NCBI GenBank assembly: GCA_013239625.1
Contig: MU054187.1
Coordinates: 10,933,231-10,997,230 of the forward strand
DNA: 64,000 bases
Direction of reading: 5' to 3'
DNA from: Lama guanicoe
Taxonomy: Eukaryota
Shown: positions 52,414 through 64,000 of the stretch, in pieces
Numbering within the stretch: position 1 is the stretch's first letter
How the letters are laid out: each line of letters begins with the position of its first letter
Notes under the pieces: model-generated
The model's input: only the letters and a program-made list of their open reading frames with translations
Database searches by the model: none
What the model was told of the DNA's origin: nothing
Position numbers and translations under genes: made by a program

Positions 52414-52993
52414 TGAAACAGAGCAGGGTCCTGTGGGGCCCCCCAAGTACAAGACTGCCATTTTTTGTTTGCAGGAGAAACATTCAGCCTCCTGGACCTT
52501 CCCTGAGCTCCAGGGGCAGTTCAGTTCCTACTGAGGGGAGTGAGGGAATGCAGGAAGAAACAACAGTGCAGCTTGGGGTCTGGACCTGCGTCTGCCTCGG
52601 GGGACATATCTAACCACCTGATGTGTGTCTCTGAGTTCTTCTTCAGGAACTAAGGCCACCACCCAGGGGGAGGATGGTAACTTCAGGCTGAGCACAGGCA
52701 CATGGGCCCCAGGCTGGTTGGAACCAGAAGGCTGATGATTGAGATTCCTGGAACCCCACTCTTGTCCCTCCCCACCAGCCAATCAGAGGAAGGCCACACC
52801 CCCTGCAGCCCTCCCTGCAAGATTTGCTTATAAAATCTTCTTTCCTGAAACTCATCAGGGAGTTTGGCTCCTTTGAGCGGGAGCCACCTCCTTGCACAGC
52901 CCCTGGAATGAACATTTCTCCGCTCCAAACTCCAACATTTTGGTTTGTTTGGCCTCGCTGTGTGCCGGGCACATGAACTTGGGTTTGACAGCA
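52414..52993 (+). mobile_element. ERV1-like LTR
   Basis: tgaaacagagcaggg...gacagca, with CCAAT (agccaatcag about 52777), TATA-like cttataaaa (about 52827) and a degenerate polyA signal; TSD not evident. Confidence 0.75.
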
Positions 52994-55900
52994 GTTTGGC
53001 TCTGAGAAACTTCTCCAGTGCTGAGGTCCGACCCATGTTTGCATCCCTAGGGGTAGCCCTGTGTTTGCACATAATAGACCTCTTAAAAAAATAAACAAAT
53101 GTACAGTAAAAAGAACCAGTTGCCTTGGGGATTTTCCCTAGGCATGGCTCTTCCTTGCAGAAACAGTCAAGAAAGAGTTTCGCCTCCTGGAAAGGAAGTT
53201 ACCTCATCGTCCCATCTTTGAAACCCAGCAGCAAGGCTCCAGGCATTACCCTGACCGCTTGCATTGGAAGGACTGATGGCAAAAGCAAACAAAAGACTAT
53301 TAATAACATTAACACTCTCGTTGCTACTTAAAAACCAATAACATTGAACCAGAGCACCAGAAGCACCAGGAGTATTGCTGTTTGTCGATGGGGTGAGGCA
53401 GCGAATGTGGCACCAGGAGACCAAGAGGTTGGGATGTTAAGAAAACTGCTCCGATGTTCGTAAGCAGATGAGTCCAGCCAGATGCCCTGAAACCCAGGCC
53501 TCCATTGACTGTAAATCTTGTCTCCCGGAGGCATTCTGCTTTGTACCATATATTGGGAGAGCTTTCCTGTGACATGTTCAGTAGTGAGAGTCGTACCTGC
53601 TGTGAGACGACCCTCGTGCTGACTGTGCTACGGGCACTGACTCTCTGATTTCCTGACCACAGATCAACCCGTTAGTGCCTCCCTCACTTGAGGGATGAGG
53701 GACTTGAGACTTAATGCCCAAGTAATTGCTCAAGCCCAGGATTTGAACCCCCGCTGTCCGAGGTGTGAAGCCAAGGATGTGGCTCTTATATCCTGTCCCC
53801 TGTTCATGAGCGCGTGGAAGTGCGTTGGCTTGGCTGCAAAGAGCAAGCGATCAGGTAGACAGCAAACCAGGGTGTGACCCCGGTTTCCCCGTGCCCTCCG
53901 GGCAGAGCCTGCTGCCCCACTTTTCCCTCTGAGGAGGCTGGGAGCAGTAAGGGATTCAAAGTAAATATTCACAGTTGTTCTCCAGTCTTTCGAGAGAGGT
54001 TTCCTGGTCCCCTCCCGTTCTTTAGTTGACGCTTTTTGACAAGACTGTACAGTCCCAGGCAGGCCGAGGTTGTTCAGGTGTTCAGAGGCAGGCCATGGGT
54101 GGGAGGTGCGGTGGGCACCTCTCTGGAGGCCAGCAGGCCAAACTCCTTACCGTGCAGTGAAAGCAAAGGATTTCCCACTGGGAGCCAGAGCCGGGCAGCT
54201 TTGGACTTTGATCAGCCTAAAGAAAGAGCTTGTGGCTGATCCTGGCACACGTCCCAACTTGGGACCTCATCCCCTGACAGTCCTGCCTGCCTCTCGCCAG
54301 TCACACCTCATTTTTTTCCCTTGAAAATTGTGGTAAAATACTTAGGAGTCTTTATTTCTAGGCAGGGAGAGGGGATGACTTCCTGAGACACCTCCTGCCA
54401 TTCGTTCCTCTGTGTCATCAGTACCTGCTCTGGGATGAGCGTCTTAGGCAGAATGAGCTCAGAGCGTTGCCCCTTGATTAGGTTCTTAAACTGCATTTCA
54501 GTAGAACATATCATCTTTAGGGAGGGAAAAAAAAAAAGCCTTGTATGTTCTGATCACAGATGCATGGGAAACGTACCAAATTTGCTCTCACTACAAGTTG
54601 AAGGTCTCCATCTGCCAAGTTGCTTGGTTCCCAAAGCAGGTTCGCTGTTCCCTGCCAGGATTCCTCACACCAGCGGACAGAAGCCAGAGCAACACATTTA
54701 TGGCATCGGGTCCTCATCTCTGCACGGAAATCTTAGCAAGTGGAGCGGGAGGGGTTGAAAAGGAACAGGGGCAGCTTGCGCTGGTCTCAGCGACACGAGA
54801 ACCCTTGCCATGAAAATCAAACCAGATCCTTGCTGAGGGTCCAAGTCGCTCATCAAAGTCCCTTCCTGTTTTCCTTTTCATGCTCTTTGTTTCGTTTGCC
54901 TGATCCTTTGACTTCGTGGTTCTTGCGGAATCGGAAGCAGACAGCGCCGCAGGAGAAAGTGAGGCGAGCTTGTGGTGGCCCCGGCGGAGCCAAACCCAAG
55001 GAACGCTGGCAGTCCCCACCGCCAGCCCCCGACTGGAGGTCTCCAGCCGGACAGCCAGGCCGGAGGGCTTTCGAGTGACGTGGAGGCCTCCTCAGTCGGA
55101 ACCTTTGCGAAGGCTGTGTTTATTATTTCACTCGTCTGTCAGCGACATTGATTGGGGGAAGGTTAACCTTTCTTTTTCCAGAGCCATTAAGTAAATACAC
55201 GTCTAATAATCCAAAAGAGCTAGCTTTGCAGGGTGTGAGAGTGCGTACGAATCCTTTGCCCTCCAGCAGACGTCCAAGTTCAGTCGCAGCCGCTCCTCAT
55301 TTGAGATTCTGCATTTGTGAGAGACCCTCCGGCAGCCATCCGCGTTAGGGGCATCCTCAGGGGTGTGGAGGTAACTGTTTAGCAACCTGATCTCTCCTAA
55401 TAAAAGGCCTCAATATGTTGCGTGCGCCTGCAACGTAGTGTCCCCTCACCGCGGCTGATTCCCGGCACCGACGTGTCATCACTGGCCGTGCAGTTGGGAA
55501 GAGATGCATTCACAGGCTCCCGCCAGGAGCCAGAGCTGCCTCCAGCTCACACGCTGCCCTGGCTTTGTCTGTAGAGCAGACACAGGGAGACGCTGGAGTC
55601 CTCGGCCCCTTGACAGGCAAATTGGGAGAACTAGGCGTGGGGAAGGAGCCAGTGACTTGGCAGCCTGCGTGCTCGCTGTCTGTGAGGTCCCACACGCGCT
55701 CTGTGGTTTCTGGGTAACACTTAGAGCTTAAGGGAAATGAAATCAAGATATATGTCTCTGTGTCTGTCTTTGCAGGACTATTGAAAAAACTAAGAGAAGG
55801 TTTCCCATGTGGGGCAGTGAAATCTGACCATCTGGAGTTACGCTAGGACTGACTAGGGCTCCCTAGTGCCGAGGGCTCGGGGGAGGCAGCGCTTAAATGA

Positions 55901-57456
55901 GGAGGTAACTCCTGCGGTCACAAGTGTGCTGTGCTCCCCAAATTCGGGCCAAACTGCGCCCTGGGAGGCATCTGTCTGTACTGTACAAGGTAAACTTACT
56001 AGGCACTGACCCACTGTTTCAGTCCCGCAGCCTTTGTCATTACCGTCTGGGGCAGCGCGATGTGGGAGGGGGGATTCCACAGCCCGTCTCTGCCCCGCCG
56101 CCCTCCTCTGCCAGGCAGCACTCCAGCCTCTCTTAGCGGACAGTATCTTGGAACCTCTTTCAACTACGTAAGGCGAAGAGCATCTGCGTTTTATAAATGA
56201 AACTAACTGAACCCAGAGAAATTAAGTTGCCAACGTTTACGCTGATAGAGCAGGGCGGGGATTCAGACCCAGTTCCCTCTGAAGTCAAAGCCTTTCGGTC
56301 TCTTGCTAAGAAGGCACTGTCTCTTGTGTATGTTCATTTGTATAAAGTGTGTCATTAAGCCAAATTCTGGGCCAGGAATAAAAATACCCGTCGTTGCAGC
56401 GGGTCTGGCAGTCTTTTTCAAAACAGTCAAGTCCAGAGGAGAGAAATTCAGGAGTTCAGGGGCAGCGGCGGAGGCTGGTGGTTGAGGCGCCGCAGCCCAC
56501 TGATCCTCTGAGCGCTCGGAGCCTCTCCCGGGGCTGGACGGCGGCTCCTGCGACCGACTCTCCCGGGCCCGAGGACCATTTTAACAGTCAGCTGCACGAG
56601 AAGTTTACGCACCTTCAACCCGAGGTCAGATTCTGCATCTGAAAAGTACAGAAACGCAGGCCTCAGAGAGGAGGAGTGATCATTCATGCTGAGGGCAGAG
56701 GAGGTTTTGCGTCCTCAGCTCCAGAGGAGTTATCTAAAGGCGAGCAGTGATAACTCTGGCCAGATCATTTGTTCAACTACCATTTATTAAGGATCAGTCT
56801 GCTTGGGGTGGGAGAAGGACCTTATTTTTATGGTTGCGTTGTTTGAAGGGCTGCTAAAGAAACTCTTGTTCTACTGAACATAATTTAGTAAATATGAATG
56901 GGAAAAGATCGGAACAAGGAGTCAACCTTAGAGCCTGGATTTGATGTTACTGCTAACTTGTGTTCTTTCGGACAAGTTACATAGCTTCTCAGTTCTCATT
57001 CTGTCTTTAAAATAGGATTAGTATTACCTTTCGAGATAATCTAATGACACTCAAATTAGTTATTATGCAAGTATTTTATAAATTATTGATCACTATGAAA
57101 CAAATGAAAATTGATGTAAATGTATTGAATACACACTTGTACAACATGAAGAGATACGTCAGAGTCTCTGACACCAAGGACCTTACAAATTAGTTACAAA
57201 GAAAGGGTGCAGACACTTAAAAGGTTAAACAACACAAGTGAGAAATAATATACAAGCTCTAGAAATGCCAAGCCGTAGTTCACAATTAATCTCCAAATGA
57301 ATGTCTGTCTGTCAGTTGTCCTCAGAACTTAAAGGAAGACAAAAAAAAATTAATGAGTAACATGTGAACTGTTTTGGAAAAGGACTAACTTGACAGGCGT
57401 AGAGAGAGCAGGCAGGACGTGGAGAAGTCCAGGACAACCCAGGATGGATGTACAGG

Positions 57457-57844
57457 TGTACGGGACTGATCTTAGTTTCCCCCAAATGTGTAGGTTGAAG
57501 CCCTAACCCCACCTGTGACTCTGTTGGAGATTAGAGCCTCTAAGGAGGTGACTGAGGTTAAATGAGATCATAAGGGTGGTCCTGATTTAGCAGAACTGGC
57601 GTCTTTCTAACAGAGGCAGAAATACCAGGGAGAGCGCTCTCGCTGGCTCTCTGCCCCCACCCCCTGCCCCAGGACGACACAGAGAAGGCAGCCGCCTGCA
57701 GGTCAGGACGAAGGCTCTCACCAAAAACTGAACCCTGCCGGCACCTCAATCCTGGACCCCCTAGTGTCCAGAACTACAAGACAACAAGTGTGGTGTGAGT
57801 TGTCCTGCCGGTGGTGTCCTGTCACGGCAGCCCGCGCTGAGACA
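57457..57844 (+). mobile_element. MLT1A-like solo LTR
   Basis: TG...CA ends, TSD acagg/gcagg; gttgaagccctaacccc...gaggttaaatgagatcataagggtgg. Confidence 0.88.
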
Positions 57845-58767
57845 GCAGGGGCCGTGTAAATAGAGAGGAGGAAGGGGTACACAGGAGGCTTTAAAAGCTT
57901 TTTTAGTAGCATTTTCACCAGTGGTAGATAACCTTGGAGTTTAATGTTTGGAAAATTATGACTGAAAAGGACATAGAATAAGTCAGGGTTGGGTTAAAAG
58001 TGACTTTGAATGCCACTAAGAAGTTAGCACTTTATCCTGTAGCAAATGTGAATGTACCTTAAATTTCTGAGCAGGGCAATATGTTCAGTAGTAAAGCAGC
58101 ATTTTTCAAGAATCATCCTATAGGAATGAGAAGGATGAATTTTAAAGAGCAGGGAATTGAGGTAGAAGAGGCTTGTAATAATTCTTTTAGTTTTTAATGC
58201 TGAGTAAAGGATCATTTTTAATCTATATCAAAAGTGAGCTTTGTCAACTCATCAAATTCCTGTATTTCTGCCAAGAAACTCAGCAAATGTGGCAGTTAGT
58301 TCGTCTTGTCATTCATTTGTTTCTCTTACTCTATTATGGTTTTTTAATACAGGTTTTCCCTCTATCAGAAAGTAAAGTGTTCCTACGGGAATTTTTGTAA
58401 GCCAAAATGGTGTAAAGTGAAGAAGCAGTTACCTTAGGGCATTGCTAAAGGATGCACGGGATAAATCAAGGCAGAGCACAGACCTCATACACACAGCTTA
58501 CAGCTATGGCGGCTGGGTGCGGAGACGCTGAGTGCGTCCCGGGCGGCAGCTTGGTGGTGCCGCGCTCACTGCTCGGAGCGCCCGCTGCCTCTGTAAAGGC
58601 TCCTTGCAAAGTCGGTGCTGAATGCCATTTTCACTTTTCACCTTTTTTCATAAAACCAAGAATTCTTTTCGGATTACTCTCATTTAGCAAAAAAAAAACA
58701 GGCACTAATGTAGGTCTTTTGTAAAAGAGAAGTGGCTAAAACGAAATTTCGCAGACACCTGTAGTTC

Positions 58768-59130
58768 TGTTTATTGATTCAACAAATATGTGTTAATACC
58801 TGCCAAATGTCAAATCCTCTTTTAGATGAACAGAGATTCGCTGCTCCTATGAGCATGCCCCCTAAGAAACAGACAGCAAACATAATAAAAAGGGGAAGTC
58901 ATCACAGAGTAGAGATCATTACACAGTAGTATACATAGTGTATAATACATAACTCTATTGTATAGCTCAGAGACATACTAAAGAGCTTTTCCATAACTCC
59001 TATTGGGGGAATAAAAGAAAAATTAAAGCAAGGTAAGTGAGTTTAGACAGTGTCAGGGGAGAGGAGATGGCAATTTTAAACATGATAGTCAGGGTAAGCC
59101 TTACTGAAGAGGTGATGTCTAAGCAAAGAC
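58768..59130 (-). mobile_element. L2 3' relic
   Basis: tttattgattcaacaaatatg...gtcagggtaagccttactgaagaggtgatgtctaagcaaagact. Confidence 0.7.
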
Positions 59131-59493
59131 TCATACCTGCATCTCATGTTGTAAGTCAACATGAACATTCTTTTTTAAAGAAGGAGAGTTTTAAATAATA
59201 CACAAAAAGAAAATTTCGGTAGTCAAGAATGCAATGATAAAGGCTTAGCCCAGTGATTTAGTGGTGGGGAATAGAGATCAACATAAGGGAAAGTGTTCCG
59301 AATAATTGATCACTAAATGACTAGCTCACCCTTCTCTTTTGCTCTTCATATTTAGAAAGGTGGCTGAGGTTTCAGACTTTGATTAATGGAGGACTTGCAG
59401 TGTCGTTAATAGAGGTAGGGCTTTCAGTGAGTGATGATTGTGCATTTGTGAAATCTGTGACCCTTGCTGAAACCAAACCAAAAGAACAACAAT

Positions 59494-59599
59494 GAAAAGA
59501 AAAGAAAAGAAAAGAAAAGAAAAGAAAAGAAAAGAAAAGAAAAGAAAAGAAAAGAAAGAAAAGAAAAGAAAAGAAAAGGAAAGAAAAGGAAAAAGAAAG

Positions 59600-59686
<87 letters not shown>
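59494..59686. repeat. Compound (GAAAA)n/(GA)n/(GAAA)n microsatellite
   Basis: Seen directly. Confidence 0.97.
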
Positions 59687-60432
59687 TTAAAAATAAAAAA
59701 GGAAATTCTATTTGCAGTGAAAATGGAAAACAGCTACTTCCCTAAACCATGATCTTTGAGGAATATCTGCCAAACATTCTGAAATTCAGATGAATTGAGG
59801 AAGATTGCTGAAAGCCAAAACAAATGAATATCTTCACATCTTGAATGAGGTATAGAATTCTCTAAAAGTAAATGAGGATCCTAAGGGAGTGTGGGTGGTC
59901 TTCAATAATAAACATCCCTGTGGCATGTAGGTTTCTTTGAAATCTGGGCTCCTAAATGGCAGAAATCATTTGGATGTGAAGTAATGTTAAGGAGAAACGG
60001 GAAATACTAGCTCCTGATTAGAGCCAATAGGACATAAGTTAAATAGATTTAATAACCTATCAGAAATGAACAGGATGCTTAGCTCTGAGCTACACTAACC
60101 TGTCTGGATGATCTGTTCACCTGAGGAGAGATGTGCATCCAAGGCATAGGAGAAAAAATATATGATGATGATGTGTGTTAGATAATATATCTCATTTAAA
60201 ATTGCTGACAGCCCCGTATTACTTCTGCTACTCTCTAAATTATTCTTGAATGAATAGTAGAAATACATTGAAAAACTCATTATATTCATTGAAAAATGCG
60301 TAGGAGGACTTCCACTTCTGTCTCATGTGGGCAACAGGGACCAGATTTACCCTCCCACCAAAATATATGACATAATGGTTTTAAGCTATTAGATATCAGG
60401 CAGCGAAAGACAGTGTTCATACAGAGTCAGAA

Positions 60433-60702
60433 TGAGACAGGAGGGAGGGGGCAGGCACAACCATTGAAAGAATGACACAGCAATTAGCACCAAGATGGCA
60501 GAAAATTCGCCTCCCAATAGACCTTGAAGCCCAAGATGGCAGGAGATTTGACTTCCAGTAGACATTGAGCTTCATTATACGCTCATTGTAACATATTATC
60601 ATGGTGAATGACACACCCATAGGTGCCGTGACAGTTCCGAGGCTGACCATAAAATGTCAAAGAGTGGACGGCGCCCAGTTCCTGGGAATCCCTGCCCCTT
60701 CC
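60433..60702 (+). mobile_element. Truncated ERV LTR inside old L1 5' sequence
   Basis: Starts tgagacaggaggg and holds two ccaagatggcag copies; flanked by L1-5'-like sequence. Confidence 0.55.
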
Positions 60703-60989
60703 TTATTTTTTCCTATATCAAGGAAACAAACAAGGAAACCCTATAATTGCCCCAGTTCACTGCCTGGAGGATGTTTCCAGGTTCCAGACAGTGGCACAGG
60801 AAGGAAGAACCCAGGCAGTGTATTGCTCATTTCTCTGAACTGAGGAGACAGAGCTGAGAGTCTAGGGAAAAAGAGAAACCTTTAATTCACAGGGAAGAGG
60901 ACAAAGGCAGAGAATTGGAAATGAGAAAGAACAGAGCAACTTTACAGTTTAATGGTCAGTTTTTTAAAAGTCCATACAGAAGAAGAAGC

Positions 60990-61715
60990 AAAAAGAGGAC
61001 AATGGAACAACTAACACAAGGACAAGAGGTCACACATAGCGAGGTGGTAGAGTTAAAATAAATTATATCCAAATTAAAGTCACATTAAATGTTAGTGGCA
61101 AAACAACTGATTTAAAAGTACCAGATTGCAGATTGGTCAAAAAGCAAGCCCCAACGATATGCTTCTTATAAGGGAGCATTTAAAATATGAAGATAATAGG
61201 TTAAAGGTAAAAGTTAGGAAAAGATATATTATGCTGATGATAATTTTTTAAATGCTGAGTGGTTATATTAATATCAGACAAAGTCACTGCTAGAGGGAAG
61301 AAAATTGCCAGTGATAAAGAAGGACATTTCTTAATGACAAAAGGGTCCATTTTTTTAAGAAGCCATAACAATGCTTAATGTTTGTAGAATCTGTCATTAT
61401 AATGGAGATTCAAAATGCATCCAGCAAAAAAAATGAGGTTTTCACTCAGTATTTTTTGACTACTATTCCCACCTGCCCACTTTCTTCTCTCCTTCTAGGA
61501 CTCAGGTGTTAGGAATTTTAGAGCTTTTGTTATAGCACCATAGGACTTGGAGGCACTTTCAGTAGTTTTTCAATTTTATCTCATTCAGCTTGGGTGATTT
61601 CTATTCCACCTTCCAGTTCCCTAATTCTTTCCTTCGCTCCCCCCATTCTGCTTTTGGGGCCATTCACTGAGCTGTTTATTTTGGTTATTGTAGTTTCCAA
61701 TTCTAAACCTTCCAT
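60990..61715. mobile_element. Old L1 fragments (endonuclease region on +, ORF1-like piece on -)
   Basis: gagtggttatattaatatcagacaaag...gacatttcttaatgacaaaagggtccat is typical of the L1 endonuclease region. Confidence 0.7.
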
Positions 61716-61794
61716 TTGATGGACCCTAAAACGATAGCGGGAAGTGTACACATTAGGTCAGTGCACACCCACGTTATCGTGGGTAGTTCTGACA

Positions 61795-61965
61795 CAGTGG
61801 TTCTCAAAGTGTGGTTCCAGACTAACAGAGACAGCCACTGGGAACTTAGACGTTCACATCTCGGGCCCCACCCCAGATCTAGGCAGTCAGGAGTTTTGAG
61901 GTTGGAGCCCAGCAGTCTTGTGTTTTAACAAGCTTTCCAGTGATTTTGATCAAAGCTAAAGATTA
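61795..61965. mobile_element. MER5A relic
   Basis: cagtggttctcaaagtgtggttccag...tgttttaacaagctttccagtgatttt. Confidence 0.85.
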
Positions 61966-62052
61966 AGTCTATTCTTCTGGGAAACTGATTTCTAATATCT
62001 TCTTCTAGACTTCCTCCTACTCCTCCCAGCACACACGTGTGTAGACACATGA

Positions 62053-62074
62053 ACACACACACACACACACACAC
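62053..62074. repeat. (AC)n microsatellite
   Basis: Seen directly. Confidence 0.9.
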
Positions 62075-64000
62075 AATGTCATGACTTACGGTGGGCACTG
62101 AGTGAAGTCCATTTGACTGCCAGCCAGGAGAGGCCCTGCCTGAATTAGGACACAGGACAGCTAGAGGAAGCGTCTTAATGGGACCCAAAGCTGGTCTGGC
62201 TCACATATAATGGGTATTGACCAATATGAGCACTTTAGTTCCTCACTTACCTAAACTATCAGTAGAACCACACACGCTATTAAATTTTGGGATTTAGAAG
62301 AGGCTGACTGAAAATCCCTCCTCTTCCTCTGGCTGCTTCCTGATGCCAGGTTCTGTGTGATTTGAGAAACAGGACAAGGTCATGAGCAGAAGGAGCAGTA
62401 AAGTTGGCTTCACAAAGACCTAGCCGAGGGCGAAAATTCACTGCTTCGCATCCTACCATCCCATGTAGATCTTGGGTCTGGCCACCCGGGGGAATGTTCC
62501 AGTTCACAGAGCTAGCCCCTTCACTCACTCTCTGCCTCCCCTCCCACTGGTGCTGGTGAGAAAGAAAGAGAAGAGACACCCAACGCCTATGCAGGGAATT
62601 GTTGCTAGATCAGCCCATCCCATGTGAGAAATAGCAGTGGCCATTGCTCAGTTCCCGGGTGACACCACTTCACACCATGGACAGGAGGAAAGAGTGGGCC
62701 AAAGATCCAAGAGTGTTTAGGGCACACCCCCCTCATGGGAATGGAAATAGCCTGGACAGCAATCGTAATAGTAATCACTGACACTTTTTGATAGCTTTTC
62801 TTCTTTGTGATTTATATCTATTTATCTTCTTGATGCTTATTTTCTTTTAAAAAAGCCCATTAAGTGAGTGCATTGTTAAATCCATTTTGCGGGTGGGGAG
62901 ACTGATACTAGGAAATTGGAAACGGTTCCTGCATAGGGTTGGAAGTGGAGCTACTGAAGAGCACCCAGTAGTCTCTGCTTTTATGGCAAACTGAATGTTA
63001 TAAATCAGCTCCCATAAATCATGGAAACCAAATAATCAAAGTAAGAGTATCTTATTAAGGGCAGGTGGCAATTTGAAGAATCTGATAAAGCTTGGTAGAG
63101 AAAATACTAGCAGCTTGAATCAGTAGCGTAAGTTTGACAATTTCTTCTCCATGAAAAGAGCTCAGTTAATAGTTATAAAATGTCTCTAATTTTGTCTTTG
63201 TTGTCAAACCCATGAGCAATTTGTGCAAAGGCTGGAAGCCCTTTGAAGGGAGGGCATCTATACTTACTTTTGTATTGTCAGTTTCCAGAATATACTTAAT
63301 AATGATTTTTTGAAGTGTTAACATTTTCTAAGAAAGTAAGCACTTCTTATAGAGTTCATTTTCATAGAGGGCCCCAGAAATAATTGTTTTCTCCAATGAG
63401 TCTAATCCAACCACTATCTACATAAGATTTCCTCTGGAATCAGTGCTAAGGCCCTTCTGTTATAATTAATTGAACACAATGTCTGAGGCTTCAAACTTCC
63501 CTAGCCTTCAATTCCCTTTATTGCTCTAGCTTTATTGCTTCTAGAACAACTATCTCTGTGTGTTCTCCCACTGGGAGCACTCTCACATAATTTAGCTCTC
63601 CCTTCCTAGAACTACAAGTGCTGAAAACTGGAAATGATCTTGTCTGGGGCATGTGAATATATGTGCTCATGAGAAATCAACTGAGCTGGGAATATCCACT
63701 CAGGCCATAACTTTAAACCCACCGTGAGCTAAGGAAAACAAGGCTCCATGGTAGGGTGAAGGCTGCATATGCTAACAGAGCCATTGTTTCCCCAAATTTC
63801 TGATTCTTATCCAAGCAAACTCACTCTGTTCTAATATATTATGTTGTCATAAGAAATGTGCAACATTACAATCTGGTGTATCTCTAAGTGTCTTTGGGGT
63901 ATTCTTTGTTTCTCTGTCAATTTCTTGGCTTTTTCCTAGAAGTCAGATGGATATAAATACCTAAAGCAGAACTCCTTGGGAAATCTCTCCATGACCAGAC

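Noticed and set aside
59464..59752. K/E/R-rich ORFs of 93 and 86 aa
   Set aside because: These are translations of the GAAAA/GAAA microsatellite.

Overview
This is AT-rich mammalian genomic DNA, not prokaryotic: no operons, rRNA genes or CRISPR arrays are evident. A tRNA-derived SINE at about 4193-4342 resembles the camelid Vic-1 type, so the source is probably a camel or alpaca relative (inference). The one gene I recognise is the 3' end of the C8orf34 orthologue on the + strand. Its four last coding exons (20635-20682, 29038-29131, 40714-40773, 43873-43880) have canonical GT-AG sites and splice in frame to ...[69 protein letters not shown], followed by a 3'UTR to about 44.8 kb. The remainder is intron and downstream sequence full of L1, L2, MIR, MaLR/ERV LTR and MER DNA-transposon relics plus microsatellites. 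Repeat boundaries and subfamily names are approximate and assigned by eye. The most interesting unexplained signal is on the - strand: several clusters of small AG...GT-flanked segments, some separated by only about 85-nt introns, splice into long phase-consistent frames with very few stops. This may be an unannotated or decayed multi-exon gene nested antisense to C8orf34. I cannot name the protein, and pseudo-exons are common in mammalian introns, so it remains a hypothesis. Most ORFs in the supplied track are chance or repeat-derived.
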